Assembly: GCF_001194135.2 (NCBI RefSeq)
Contig: NC_068995.1
Coordinates: forward strand, 21,309,249-21,372,753
Source: Octopus bimaculoides
Taxonomy: Eukaryota
DNA length: 63,505 bases
Direction: 5' to 3'
Of this stretch, positions 27,183 to 39,694 are shown piece by piece. The position numbers and the translations under genes are program-made. Position 1 is the first letter of the stretch. Each line of letters opens with the position of its first letter. The notes below the pieces were generated by a model. The model was not told where the DNA came from. It was given only the letters and a program-made list of their open reading frames with translations, and ran no database searches.

Positions 27183-29564
27183 NNNNNNNNNNNNNNNNNN
27201 NNNNNNNNNNNNNNNNNNNNNNNNNNNNNNNNNNNNNNNNNNNNNNNNNNNNNNNNNNNNNNNNNNNNNNNNNNNNNNNNNNNNNNNNNNNNNNNNNNNN
27301 NNNNNNNNNNNNNNNNNNNNNNNNNNNNNNNNNNNNNNNNNNNNNNNNNNNNNNNNNNNNNNNNNNNNNNNNNNNNNNNNNNNNNNNNNNNNNNNNNNNN
27401 NNNNNNNNNNNNNNNNNNNNNNNNNNNNNNNNNNNNNNNNNNNNNNNNNNNNNNNNNNNNNNNNNNNNNNNNNNNNNNNNNNNNNNNNNNNNNNNNNNNN
27501 NNNNNNNNNNNNNNNNNNNNNNNNNNNNNNNNNNNNNNNNNNNNNNNNNNNNNNNNNNNNNNNNNNNNNNNNNNNNNNNNNNNNNNNNNNNNNNNNNNNN
27601 NNNNNNNNNNNNNNNNNNNNNNNNNNNNNNNNNNNNNNNNNNNNNNNNNNNNNNNNNNNNNNNNNNNNNNNNNNNNNNNNNNNNNNNNNNNNNNNNNNNN
27701 NNNNNNNNNNNNNNNNNNNNNNNNNNNNNNNNNNNNNNNNNNNNNNNNNNNNNNNNNNNNNNNNNNNNNNNNNNNNNNNNNNNNNNNNNNNNNNNNNNNN
27801 NNNNNNNNNNNNNNNNNNNNNNNNNNNNNNNNNNNNNNNNNNNNNNNNNNNNNNNNNNNNNNNNNNNNNNNNNNNNNNNNNNNNNNNNNNNNNNNNNNNN
27901 NNNNNNNNNNNNNNNNNNNNNNNNNNNNNNNNNNNNNNNNNNNNNNNNNNNNNNNNNNNNNNNNNNNNNNNNNNNNNNNNNNNNATATATATATATATAT
28001 ACATATGTATATATATAAAAATACATATACACACATGCATACTCACACGGAAGCAGATACATATGCTGTACATGGTTGCATGTATGCGAGTATATGTGCA
28101 TGTGAATGGAAGAGACGAGTTTTTCAATACAACTAAACTGATTTTTACTGAGATACAGAGAAAGATGTATGTATCTGTGTCTCCTTAACCAGTTGTTCAG
28201 CAATTGAACATCACTTTCACACCTACACCTATCAATCTATAACTGTAATCTTTTCTATAATACTCGAATATATGTCTATCCTCTATATGCTTAACAATAT
28301 GAACATCAACCACTCGACGGCACCGAATGAGTTATTGCAATGTAATAATGTATTTATGTTCTGCAATATTGTTCGACACCATGTGATAATGTTCATTTCC
28401 ATACCAAGTCGTGCAAGCTTGTTATATCACCAGACGCAAGGAACAATCACTATCAATATATCTAGGAATATATTCTAAGATGCACATTGCGCTCAAATTA
28501 TGGCAGCTGTACTTTTTGCTTCACTGATTTTACTATACAGTATCTACGAAGCTGAAGATGTTTTAGGTGACATAAAAGAGAACCGACATATTACACAAAA
28601 CCTGTTGCACACATTACAATACTTACTGCATTGTGTTTCCATTTTATCATCCGATATACTATAAAGTACTCTTAGAACACATTTAGTATTCATACATACA
28701 TGCTCTGACACACGCATTTGTGAGTGTATGTCTATGTATAAAGATGCAAATGTATGTGCATGCGTAGTAATTCATATACGTAAGTATATACGCACGCGCG
28801 TTCATTTATTGTCAACAACAATCAGCCTCAAAGGCTATCACAAAAGACTCCAAGCGTTGCATCGATAGTTGTTGTTATAGTAACGGTAATAATAATATTG
28901 GCTGAGTAAAAATAATCGATACACTGATGGTGGGTATACTGAAACCATCCAAAATAATCCACGTGTAATTACAATGTAAATCTGTATATAACGTATTCAG
29001 TTCTTTAGTCAGTGAAGCCCTTCTTGAACGCCAGCTGCTTCTTAATCGAATAATCTACGACATCTTATGAACTGTTACATAATGTAACTCCAGGGGAATG
29101 GAGTTTGTTATTATATTATGTTTAAATTTCAGAGCAATACTAATGCTACTAATGTATTTGAAATATATAATTTATGAACGTTACACAGTCATCTATGCGC
29201 TTTTCAATATATATCTGGAGTTGTCTGCCAATAGTTCTGTAACGAGTAACACAGTGTAGAAGTAAAGTTTTGAACATTAAAAAATGCCCTAGAGGTTTAT
29301 TTATCCTTCTTTTGTTCTAAATTCAAATTCTAACTTTGAAGACTTAGCATTTCCTCCCCGTGAGATGGATGCTATATGAAGCCAGCCAGGTACTGCGATT
29401 GATATAATCGTCTATACCCACTCCTGGCATTAGTGTCTTTGTGGCTATGATACAAATCATTATTATATTATTAGTTTCATTTGCTCTCAATAACATAGCA
29501 AATTTTAGTCAATACATCGATACTTCACCACTAAATGGTGGCCATGATGTACTGAATTTAATAT

Positions 29565-29656
29565 TCTTCTTCTTCTTCTTCTTCTTCTTCTTCTTCTTCT
29601 TCTTCTTCTTCTTCTTCTTCTTNNNNNNNNNNCTTCTTCTTATTATTATTATTATT

Positions 29657-29694
<38 letters not shown>

Positions 29695-29695
29695 A
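29565..29695. repeat. Compound (CTT)n-(ATT)n-(GAT)n microsatellite
   Basis: Read directly, with a small gap inside. Confidence 0.95.
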
Positions 29696-29704
29696 GACGA
29701 TGAT

Positions 29705-29890
29705 CTGGCAGAGCCGTTCGACGCCACGCGAAGCACTTAGCGGTATTTCATCCGTCTTTTTGTTCTGAGTTCAAATTCTGCCTAGGTTGACTTTACATTT
29801 CATCCTTTCGGAGTCCATGAAGTAAGGAGCAATTAAGTACTGCCGCCGATGTAATTTCAGGCCTTGTGCCTATTGTTGAAAGGATTATCG
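29705..29890 (+). mobile_element. SINE family B copy
   Basis: GCACTTAGCGGTATTTC...GTTCTGAGTTCAAATTC...GACTTTACATTTCATCCTTTCGG...CAGGCCTTGTGCCTA, shared with the copies at 39.7, 40.6, 57.5 and 60.0 kb. Confidence 0.8.
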
Positions 29891-29919
29891 TAATCATTAT
29901 TATTATAATAGTATAATCG

Positions 29920-30092
29920 TTAGCACGCCGGATAAAATGATTAACGGCATTTCTTCCGGTTCTTTATGTTCTGACTTCAAATGCAACTGAGGTCACATTT
30001 GCCTTTTTATTCTAAGGAGTCAATAAAGAAAGACATTATGGTACACTGGAGTCAATCTAATCAACTAAACCCATCCCCTAAAATTTCACACT
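29920..30092 (+). mobile_element. SINE family B copy (second, tandem)
   Basis: CGTTAGCACGCCGGATAAAATG...TTCTGACTTCAAATG...GAGGTCACATTTGCC...CCCTAAAATTTCA. Confidence 0.7.
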
Positions 30093-30104
30093 ATATGCTC
30101 AGCG

Positions 30105-30350
30105 AAGGTTTGGGTAGGCAAGGCAGTTTTTCTTTGCCTAATGGCTGTAGCGAAAGAGGTTGTTTGGTGGACAAGGCTGAAAGGCATGAAGACAGATACA
30201 TTCGACTTTGGAAGAGCTCTCACTGCCTTCTTCAAGATTCACTTGAAAGGAAATTGAGAGTGGAGACGGAAAGACAGCCCTCGAGTGAGTTTATTCAAAG
30301 GTGGGAGTTGCGAAAATGGCAAGAATGGATGGCATCTCTCTCAGTTTAGA
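30105..30350 (+). mobile_element. Probable L1/Tx1-like LINE ORF2 C-terminal fragment
   Basis: AVAKEVVWWTRLKGMKTD...FFKIHLK, then frameshift to KLRVETER...EFIQRW, resembling Tx1-type C-termini. Confidence 0.5.
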
Positions 30351-30399
30351 CCTGTAAGTCGGAGAGAAGGAATTGGAGAGGACACTTACTCTTGGTGTT

Positions 30400-31935
30400 C
30401 GGAGAAATTTCGGACAGTGAAGTTTCTCGGTTATCCTTAGAGGTGCTCCTCTACCATCCTCCCCCACCTCTTTTTAAATCTTTGTATACTACGTATTTCC
30501 TTTCTATATCCTGTCATATCTATCGAATTTTCTTCCTTCCTTATCACATACCTTGTTGTTAGTTGGGCATGCTATATCTATGATCCAGCATAGTTTGCTT
30601 TCTTTCTCAATTAAGACTATGTCTGGCTTCCTATTCTCTATCTTATAGTCGCACTGAAACATAAAATCCCACAGGATCTTTGTATTACCATTTTCGATGA
30701 TGCCTTCGGGTTTATGGTCGTACCAATTATTTGCTCTGTCAAATCCATACTTGTCGCAAAGTGTTCAATAGACAAGCCTTGCTATATTGTTGTGGCCTGT
30801 CTCATATTCCTTCTGGGCTAGTGGCGTACATTGACTGGTAATATGCCATACGGTTTCATCATTTTGTCCATAAATTCTGCACTTATCACTTTTTGTTGTT
30901 TTGTCTATTCTGTATTTTATGTAATTTGTTCTTACTGCTCGCTCTTGGGCAGCACAGATTAGAGCCACCGTTTCCGGTTTTAAATCACTTTTAGTCATTC
31001 ACAGCCATCTTTTTCTCTACCTTATCTTCAACATATGAAGGTAAGAAATTGTCCAGGCATTCTTTTCTTTACCCATCTATTTTTAATTTCATTCAATTTC
31101 AATTTCTTTGCAATCTTTCATCCTACACAATTCTCACATTCTTACTTCTAATAATAGCGGTTATATGGCCTTTTCGTTTTACATACCATGATATGTTGTT
31201 TTCTTCTGCTCCAATGTTGTGTTCGCATCCAATAAGTCCTCTTCCCCTCTTTTTCTTGGTACATACAGTCTGTCTGTGTGACGTTTTGGGTGGAGTGACC
31301 CATATCTAGTTAGCAATTTCTTTGTCTTTCTGTCTAAGCTGTTTAGTTCGTCTACTGTCCATGAAATTACCCCTGCTCCATATCTAAGGAGTGAAACCGC
31401 CGAGGTTTTGTTAGCTTTGATCTTATTCCGTCCGTTTAATTTCGACTTAAGTATTAGTCTCAGTCTGCGCAAGTACTCCACCTTAAATTTTTCTGTCATT
31501 TCTTTCTCCATCAGTTTATCCATTTTCAAAATCCCCAAGTACTTATAGCCCGTCTCTTCTATCTGCTTCATAACCTCCCCCGACGATATCGTTAGCCCGT
31601 CCATACATTTGATTTTGCCTCTCTTGAAGACTAACACACCACACTTTCTCAGTCCGAACTCCGTTCCGATATCAGCACTGAAGGTATACATCGTATAAAC
31701 GAGGGAGCTGACTTGGGTCTCATCTTTACAATAACGTTTGAGGTCATCCATCAATAACAAATGGTTGACAATTTGCTGGCCCCTTCTGAATACATACCCA
31801 GCTTTTGCTTTCCTCAGAATCAGTGTCAGTGGTGTCAAGCACAGTATGAAGATGAGTTGGTACAGGCAATCCCTTTGCAAGATGCTCCTCCTAATTTCTA
31901 CTGTCCCTAAACTTCTCCAGTATGCTGTCAGGTCC
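30400..31935 (-). mobile_element. 5'-truncated R4/Dong-like LINE (RT C-half, zinc knuckle, RLE)
   Basis: ORF 31179-31976: IRRSILQRDCLYQ (GIFQGD-like), HLLLMDDLK, GYKYLG, DRLYVPRKRG. ORF 30765-30998: ICAAQE, CRIYG..ETVWHITSQC. Downstream ILWDF...RKPDIV...IIDIACP. Confidence 0.9.
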
Positions 31936-32049
31936 GCATTATACGCCAATGGCTTGGGGAAAAACTCTTGCGCCATTCGGGTATTGCTGTTGCTGCTGCT
32001 GCTGATATAGCGCTAAGAAAATCTATGTTAGCAGAAATGTGGTCGAGAT

Positions 32050-33305
32050 GTTTGGTAACAGATGTCTGCAAGTCTCAAGAATTTTTTTAGGATACTTACA
32101 GTATAATGGATGACACATTTCTACAGGTCGAAGGGCGTATCTCAGTTCCAATAACATTTTGCTGTACAAAATGCATATACTACCACTAGAAGTTCTTCGA
32201 GATTATCGTAATTTTCTTTCTTCTGTATGGAGTGTGCAAGAGGCAAAGAAGGACATTTATTTCCATTGTGGAGCAACACTGCTTTAAGACTTCGTGTTGA
32301 GCTATCTATGAACAGTCGCCATTCTGCAGAATCATGCTTGAGTCCAATAGCAGTAAACAAACCAATCACATCTTTACAATAACACAGATCATTAATATTT
32401 TCATAGTAAATTTCAATTTCTTCATGGAGATTCCGGTACACAGATGTTTTTCAGTCTTCCCCCAATAGATTCCATTCCTTCAACCTTGATAAAAGAAGTT
32501 CAGTTCCTGACTTAGTAAGACCCAGATCCCTGATTAAATCATCTAGCTCACTCTGATTTGGGAAGTGAGGCTCCGAAGTCGTTCTTGGTACGAAAGCTTC
32601 CTCCATTTCTTGGCTGCTGCTACTTGTTGACTCTTCAGATGATATATTTTCTGGTGGTAGTGGTACTCGTAAACTGTCATCATGTGGGACAGGTGCTCAA
32701 GATGATGGTATGTCTGGATACTGAAGAGCTTATCTTCCTTTCACCTTTCTGTACTTTGTCACATCGATCATACAAAAGTAACAGTCGTCATGATGGTTAT
32801 TTGGCTCTCTCCATACCCTTGGAATGGCAAAAGGCATTGACCTTCCTGCACCTCTTAACCCTCCTTCTAGAGTAGATCGATAGCTTCCACATATCACATG
32901 TGGGGCCCATGGTTTGTCCTGGTCACCCATCAGCATTCCGAAATAGCGTCTGTACGCTATCCACAATTTGGCACATTTCACGATCTTAAGTAATACCTGC
33001 TTTTTTCCAATATAATAACCACACACATAGCAACATGTATCTGCAGAATTTTTAAATACTCTAGTAGCCATCCTGAAAGTAGCAGAACTTAGTAATTGGA
33101 CAGAAAGAGAACATTAGACATACATTTAGTAGCGGAACATTGTAACAATACCAAATATACAATAACATTGAAAGTCGACATATCTTTTTAACTGCTGATG
33201 ATACAGAAAAAATAATTTCATTTTTGGAATCCACAGAAAAAATGGATTGATAAACAATAAAAAAATACAATAAAGAATTTTTTTTCGGAAAATTGTTACG
33301 TTGTG
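32050..33305 (-). mobile_element. Internally deleted DNA transposon, Chapaev3-like (CMC group)
   Basis: ATG at 33071: NSADTCCYVCG...YFG..GDQDKPWAPHVIC...WREP..HHDDCYFC, then QSELDDLIRDLGL, WRLFIDSS...LKAVLLHNGN. Putative 5' terminus CACAACGTAACAA at 33305. Other TIR not found. Family name from motif recollection. Confidence 0.7.
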
Positions 33306-33419
33306 TAATTCTTACTCTCGATGGTACACGTTCAACGTAGCAATGACAATATCACACAGACAAAGGCCTTCTTTTATAGTGCCATTAAATATTTCAGTTG
33401 CCAATTGCTATTGGACTTT

Positions 33420-34290
33420 ATAAAGCTCATGCGAGAGCCACAAGAAGCTATTACTTTCACATGTGAAACATCTAAGACTGCATAGAAAAATAGACCATTT
33501 GTTTTACAGATGTGTAGCTCATCGCCAAGGATGTTTAACCTCTAACTTAAAGATCTATTAACTCTTCACTCAAACTTTCCGACTGCTTCGCGCTAGCGAC
33601 TAATCACAAACTGAATGATTTTCCCTTTTTCTCTTTGGTCAGTAAGTGTTATTTCCTATTTGCTTCTATGTAGAAATCAAAAGAAATAACTACTATTCGC
33701 TTCAAACTTTGCTTTTGTGGCCTGGACATCAATGTTTTGAAACTGAACTATTTTCCTCCATTACATTTCAGACAGATTCAGCGCTGAGTTGCTGATGCAG
33801 AAATATCGCTCTAGCAAAAATTCTACTCTGTACCACAGGCTTGTTTGTCAGTAAGTTAACCTTAACCTCTTGAACATGTTCCTTAGTGACTGACAGCACG
33901 TGCATCTCTCATCATGGGCAGGAGTAGTAGGGGATTCTTTAACGTTCGAATAAATATAACACAAGTAAATTTGAAGGAAATATAAGCTATTTTCATACTT
34001 TCTAGTGATAAACAAATAGGTAAAAGCAGTTGCTACCCAAGGACAAAAATCGTCTTACACAGTGTAATCAAGAATGCGTGATGTCATGTGACCTAATCAG
34101 CAATGAATTTACTTGGGCAATTCACCTCTATCTTTTCAAACATATTGCTTGTGGTTACCCAGATTCTATGTTAACCACCAGAACCTATTTCCCCTTCCCA
34201 GGATGTTAAATCTCTGGAATTCTTTTTCTGCCCAAGTTTATCTTATAGTCATCAATTTGAAGCTGTTCAGAGCGATGTTACTCGTGTTCG
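33420..34290 (+). mobile_element. Very degenerate CR1/Jockey-group LINE 3' pieces separated by another insertion
   Basis: KAHARATRSYYFHM (similar to KAQVRPxLEYxSHIW) at about 33422 and LPRMLNLWNSF...INLKLFR at about 34190. Confidence 0.35.
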
Positions 34291-35474
34291 TTTCGGTTTC
34301 AGCGGTCCTGGGAAGACCGCGCAAAAGAGCCTTTCCGCCGGACTAATTTATTGCAATATTTCAATATATAAAATTACAATATAAGGAAAACTATTTAAGA
34401 GAAAATGTTACGGTTATGGCTAAAATTCATATGATTATATAAAGAGCAAAACATAGATGCGTGCTATGTTTAGCTCTTGATATAACGCTAAGCAACAACC
34501 AAAGCAATGACAACAGCTGCAATATTAGCGACATTAAAAATTAACTACAAAAATAACTGTAATAATATCAACAACAAGCGATATTTACTTAATGTAGTAT
34601 AGGCGTTATGGCTGAGACAATATAAAACGGTATTGGTTTCTGAGTACATTAGCGTTAATTACTCATTGTAGTTTAAATCCAGCCATGCTAATTTTCCCCT
34701 TTGATATCTTAAAATCAATAAAATAAAGATCATTAAAATACCGAACTAATACTACTTCTCGTTGTTAAAAATGGATCGCAGTTTCTAATGAATATATTAT
34801 CGATTTCTTATAGAGACACAAGGCTTCGTTTATATGAAGTAAAGACAGCGAGATTAAGTGGAGTTGATGTTTTTCTTATGTGCAATATTTGTGGTGCGGA
34901 TTGTGGATCATCTCTCGAGGGATCATAAATGTTCAGTCACTTGTTGAGATGTTTTATAACATTTATTTAGCAATTCGGGTTCGAGTTTGCAATACCGTCG
35001 CAACCAACCTTGTACTTCTTTTCATTACAGAGCTGGAAGGGAAAGCGTGTCTGTTTTGATAAATAAGATGGTGTATTCAGTCATTCGATCAACTGAATTA
35101 TATATCCCGTTATTCTTGAATTAAAGTATAAGTAGCCGAGGATTCTACAGATATGTTTTACCCTTAACAAAATTATCAAGCATAATCAACGTGACACAGT
35201 TTTGAGTAGGCTGTAATTTTGGATTACAAATACATTCCATGATTCCATGCGATGTTTCTATGCTGTTTCCAATCTATCCAGTTTCACTTATTAGTTATGT
35301 TACCCGAAGCTATTGGAAACGACATTGCTTCGAGGTGTTATACTGTAAGATCGTCCCGGGATCTCCTAGTAGCAAAGAAAACAGTTAAAGGAGTCAGGTT
35401 TACATTCTGCCTTAATATCAATTGTGCATCATTTCTGGGCGATGACATCGAGGAATTTCAATGATGACAACACT

Positions 35475-35483
35475 GAAGAAGAA

Positions 35484-35565
<82 letters not shown>

Positions 35566-36314
35566 ACGACGACNNNNNNNNNNNNNNNNNNNNNNNNNNN
35601 NNNNNNNNNNNNNNNNNNNNNNNNNNNNNNNNNNNNNNNNNNNNNNNNNNNNNNNNNNNNNNNNNNNNNNNNNNNNNNNNNNNNNNNNNNNNNNNNNNNN
35701 NNNNNNNNNNNNNNNNNNNNNNNNNNNNNNNNNNNNNNNNNNNNNNNNNNNNNNNNNNNNNNNNNNNNNNNNNNNNNNNNNNNNNNNNNNNNNNNNNNNN
35801 NNNNNNNNNNNNNNNNNNNNNNNNNNNNNNNNNNNNNNNNNNNNNNNNNNNNNNNNNNNNNNNNNNNNNNNNNNNNNNNNNNNNNNNNNNNNNNNNNNNN
35901 NNNNNNNNNNNNNNNNNNNNNNNNNNNNNNNNNNNNNNNNNNNNNNNNNNNNNNNNNNNNNNNNNNNNNNNNNNNNNNNNNNNNNNNNNNNNNNNNNNNN
36001 NNNNNNNNNNNNNNNNNNNNNNNNNNNNNNNNNNNNNNNNNNNNNNNNNNNNNNNNNNNNNNNNNNNNNNNNNNNNNNNNNNNNNNNNNNNNNNNNNNNN
36101 NNNNNNNNNNNNNNNNNNNNNNNNNNNNNNCAACAACAACAAGACGATGACGACGACGACGAAGAAGAAGAAGAACAAGAAGATAAAGAAGAAGACGACG
36201 ACGACGACGAAGAAGAAGAAGAATAAGGAATAAGAAGAAGAAGAAGACGACGACGACGAAGAAGAAGAAGAAGACGATGACGACGACGACGAAGAAGAAG
36301 AAGAAGAAAAAGAA

Positions 36315-36352
<38 letters not shown>

Positions 36353-36843
36353 AGAAGAAGAAGAAAAAGAAAAAGAAGAAGAAGAACAAGAAGAACAACA
36401 ACAACAACGACAACAAGACGATGACGACGACGAAGAAGAAGAAGAAGAAAAAGAAGAAGAAGAAGAAGAAGAGGAAGAAGGAAGAGGAGAAGAAGAAGAA
36501 GAAGAAGAAGAAAAAGAAAAAGAAGACGACGACGACGACGATGACGAAGAAGAAGAAGAAGAAGAAGAAGAACAACAACAACAGGACGATGACGGCGACG
36601 ACGAAGAAGAAGAAGAAGAAAAAGAAGAAGAAGAAGAAAAAGAAGAAGAAGAAGAAGAAAAAGAAGAAGAAGAAGAAAAAGAAGAAGAAGAAGAAGAAGG
36701 AAGTGGACAAGAAGAAGAAGAAGACGACGACGACGACGACGACGACGACGANNNNNNNNNNNNNNNNNAAGAAGACGACGACGACGACGACGAAGAAGAA
36801 GAAGAAGAAGAAGAAGAAGAAGAAGAAGAAGAAGAAGAAGAAG
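35475..36843. repeat. About 1.4-kb compound trinucleotide array (GAA/GAC/AAC/AAT) with two gaps
   Basis: Read directly. It is the source of the poly-K/T/S/F pseudo-ORFs. Confidence 0.95.
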
Positions 36844-37263
36844 ACAGGAGTTGAATAGTCATGGGGAACTCAAAATCAGGCTCCAGAATAAACGGATGAA
36901 AGAACAACAGTTAAGATCCTGTTTCATCCGTGGGGTTTGAATAGCTACGGAGATACATGTAGTTAAGAGGGTCATTAAGCTTATTGTGTTTTCTCAAAAT
37001 ATTATCAGGAGCAAAGGAGGAGATTTTGTTTAAAGGTACTTTATGTGCAGTTCGTCAATGAGTGCCATAACGTCCAAATAGGACAACACACACGCTCAGA
37101 CACACATACACATATAAGCGTACTCATACACACTGAAATACATGTGTGCACGTATATGCCGTAGTTTCTCTCTGTCTTTCTCTATCTCTCTTTCTCCCTC
37201 ATTCACCCAACCTCTCCTATTATATACATATACATACATATATATATGCATATGTATATGTAT

Positions 37264-37346
<83 letters not shown>

Positions 37347-38479
37347 AGTTAATGTGAGCGCACGGTGGAGGTGCGTACAAGTGTGTGTATGCATACAAGC
37401 ATTACTATATACCGATATCTCTAATAGATATTCATGCACAGAAATACTAGAGATTGATTGATGACGAAGGCAAAGTAGTGAAATAAGAAATAACAGGAGT
37501 TGGGAATTCATTGAAAAGATGGAAGTGAAGATCTGAAGGTGACATAATTACAGAGATGATATAAGAAGGAATATAAAAGATAAAAGAATATTGTTAGTAA
37601 TGGAGGAGAACTTATAAGAACAGAAATAATTAAAAACATGAGACAAGAACTAAAAGAAGGACACGAAATATTCTTGATGGAGTAAAATGCACATTTTATG
37701 TAAACCGGTTATCAATTATAGACGAATTGTCAGTTCGGAAACATTTTCTATATTTCGTATATTGTTAGGAATATTACGTTAAGAAAATATGGAAGAATGG
37801 TTAATGGTTAATTTTGAATTAAGAAATAACCATGTAGTTTGCATTTGATGTTTTCAGGCAATCGATCGTGTGAGAAAATTGTCTGTAATATTGGTGTGTA
37901 GAGCGTAGAGAAGAGATAGTGTGCAGAAAACAATATCGACAGGAAAATACGTTCTGCATAACATTTTCTGTATTTCAATAGTGGTTTCTTCTGATTAGAC
38001 CCAATAATAAATAGTGAAAGCTTGGGCATGCAATCGATTTGCTCAACCGCTACCCATTTTATCGACGCCTCCTCAAAGATGCTATCACTTAGGATTCGAA
38101 CTCGGAATTAAATATTCTAACACCTTTAGATCAATACTCTAAAAATACACATAGTCACCGCTTTTAGAAAGTCTTAAAACACAAATATTCATGGAAATGA
38201 CACGATTGTAGAATTTACTCCCTTTCCGTCACAAAGGTCATTAGGAAAGCTCGAACTGAACCTTATATATCTCGTGCCTTTTCCTTACGCTTTAAAATTA
38301 TGTAACAGCATTACTAAAATCTCTTTGAATGTGATACGTGTGTATGAAGGGTGTTTATTGTCAGTTATTATTTATCGACTTACATCGTCCAATATTGATG
38401 TAGGTACGATAAGTAGCAGTAATAATGGAGAGAAAGATACATATATCTCATAGAAGGCCATCACGCATTTAAAAATGGC

Positions 38480-38546
38480 TTCGTGATTTATTATTGTTGT
38501 TGTTGTTATTATTATTATCATTATTATTATTATTAGTAGTAGTAGC

Positions 38547-38584
<38 letters not shown>

Positions 38585-38690
38585 GAAGAGAAGGAGGACG
38601 AAGAAAAGGAGAGGAGGAGGAGGAATAAGAGAAGGAGAGGAGGAGGATGAAGAAGAAGAAGAAGAGGAGTAGGAGGAGGGGAGGAACAGC
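38480..38690. repeat. Compound (TTG)(ATT)(AGT)(GAG/GAA) microsatellite
   Basis: Read directly. Confidence 0.9.
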
Positions 38691-38795
38691 AGCATTTGTA
38701 TCATCGCGTCCACAACAGTTCCCTGAATATATAGACGGTAGATGTTACTTTGAAGGCACTGCCCTCCCTAGTGTAACTATTGTTTTTAAGATATT

Positions 38796-39114
38796 ACGGA
38801 GATGTACTTGCATAGCAAGTGACCTGATCTGAGATTGTGTGCTAGAACGAAAAGAATTGCAGCGTGGAAGGTGTTTATACGCCATTTAAGAAACACATAA
38901 CAATCGTTAGATTCACTTCAACATTTAAATTTAATTTGCCAAAATACTTTCGCCGCTTTGAGACATCGAGCACGGGATTTTGTCAGTGAACAAGTCGCAG
39001 TCTCAAAGCGACGAAAATATTTTGGCATATTAAATTTAAATGTTGAAGAGAACCTAACGGTTTTTGTGTGTTTCTCAAATGGTTTAGAAATATCTTCCAT
39101 GCTGCAATTGTTTT
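38796..39114. mobile_element. Short inverted-repeat insertion, Penelope-like terminal-repeat relic, flanked by a probable TSD
   Basis: Arms of about 115 bp at 38850-38964 and 39000-39114 are imperfect reverse complements around a 35-bp spacer. ATTGTTTT(T)AAGATATT occurs at 38779-38795 and 39107-39122. It carries a minimal hammerhead fold. Confidence 0.7.
38981..39027 (+). ncRNA. Putative minimal type I hammerhead ribozyme with G3:C8 core variant
   Basis: Stem I UGUCA/UGGCA, core GUGAACA, one extra A, stem II GUCGC/GCGAC, GAAA, palindromic stem III AAUAUU, UUU cleavage triplet. Folded by hand; activity untested. Confidence 0.65.
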
Positions 39115-39694
39115 AAGATATTTTTTTTTGTCAGTTTGCTGAATTTTTCCAAACCCATTTTAACAATGCAGTTCATTCTGTTACTACTGGTATGGTGCAA
39201 TTAGTTATGTTCAACACTCCAGAGATTTCAATCTGAACGTCTATATATCATTTCTTTTTCTGAACTTATCTGGGGTTTCACAGTCAGCCGGTATTGTCAT
39301 ATCAATCAGTATACAAGTTTTGTTTTTGGTGGTTTCGAATTATAGTGTTTCACCCTTTTGTTTTGATCTGTATGCACTGACATATCCCATACCATGCTAC
39401 CATTAAATTATTGGCAACCGTCTCTAGTTAGTGATAATACCATTTTCAAAGAACTTGATGTTAGAGTCCCTGCACTCTTTTTATTGTGGCTTTGTAGCTC
39501 TCTGGTAGACAGATCTATTCTCCTTTACTTTTGTTCATGTTGCCACCAAGCAGAAAGTCGCGATTAATGATGCCACATATTCTACTCATAGTGTACGCGC
39601 TATCTTTAACGATGAGATAAACGTATGATTTTGATCTTGGACGGCGATGACAATGTCCTTCAGTTTTGCATTGAATTCAACAAATTTGTATTAA

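Noticed and set aside
36892-36931. 10-bp stem hairpin ACGGATGAAA/TTTCATCCGT with a 20-nt loop
   Set aside because: Isolated, with no other RNA motif; expected occasionally by chance in 63 kb.
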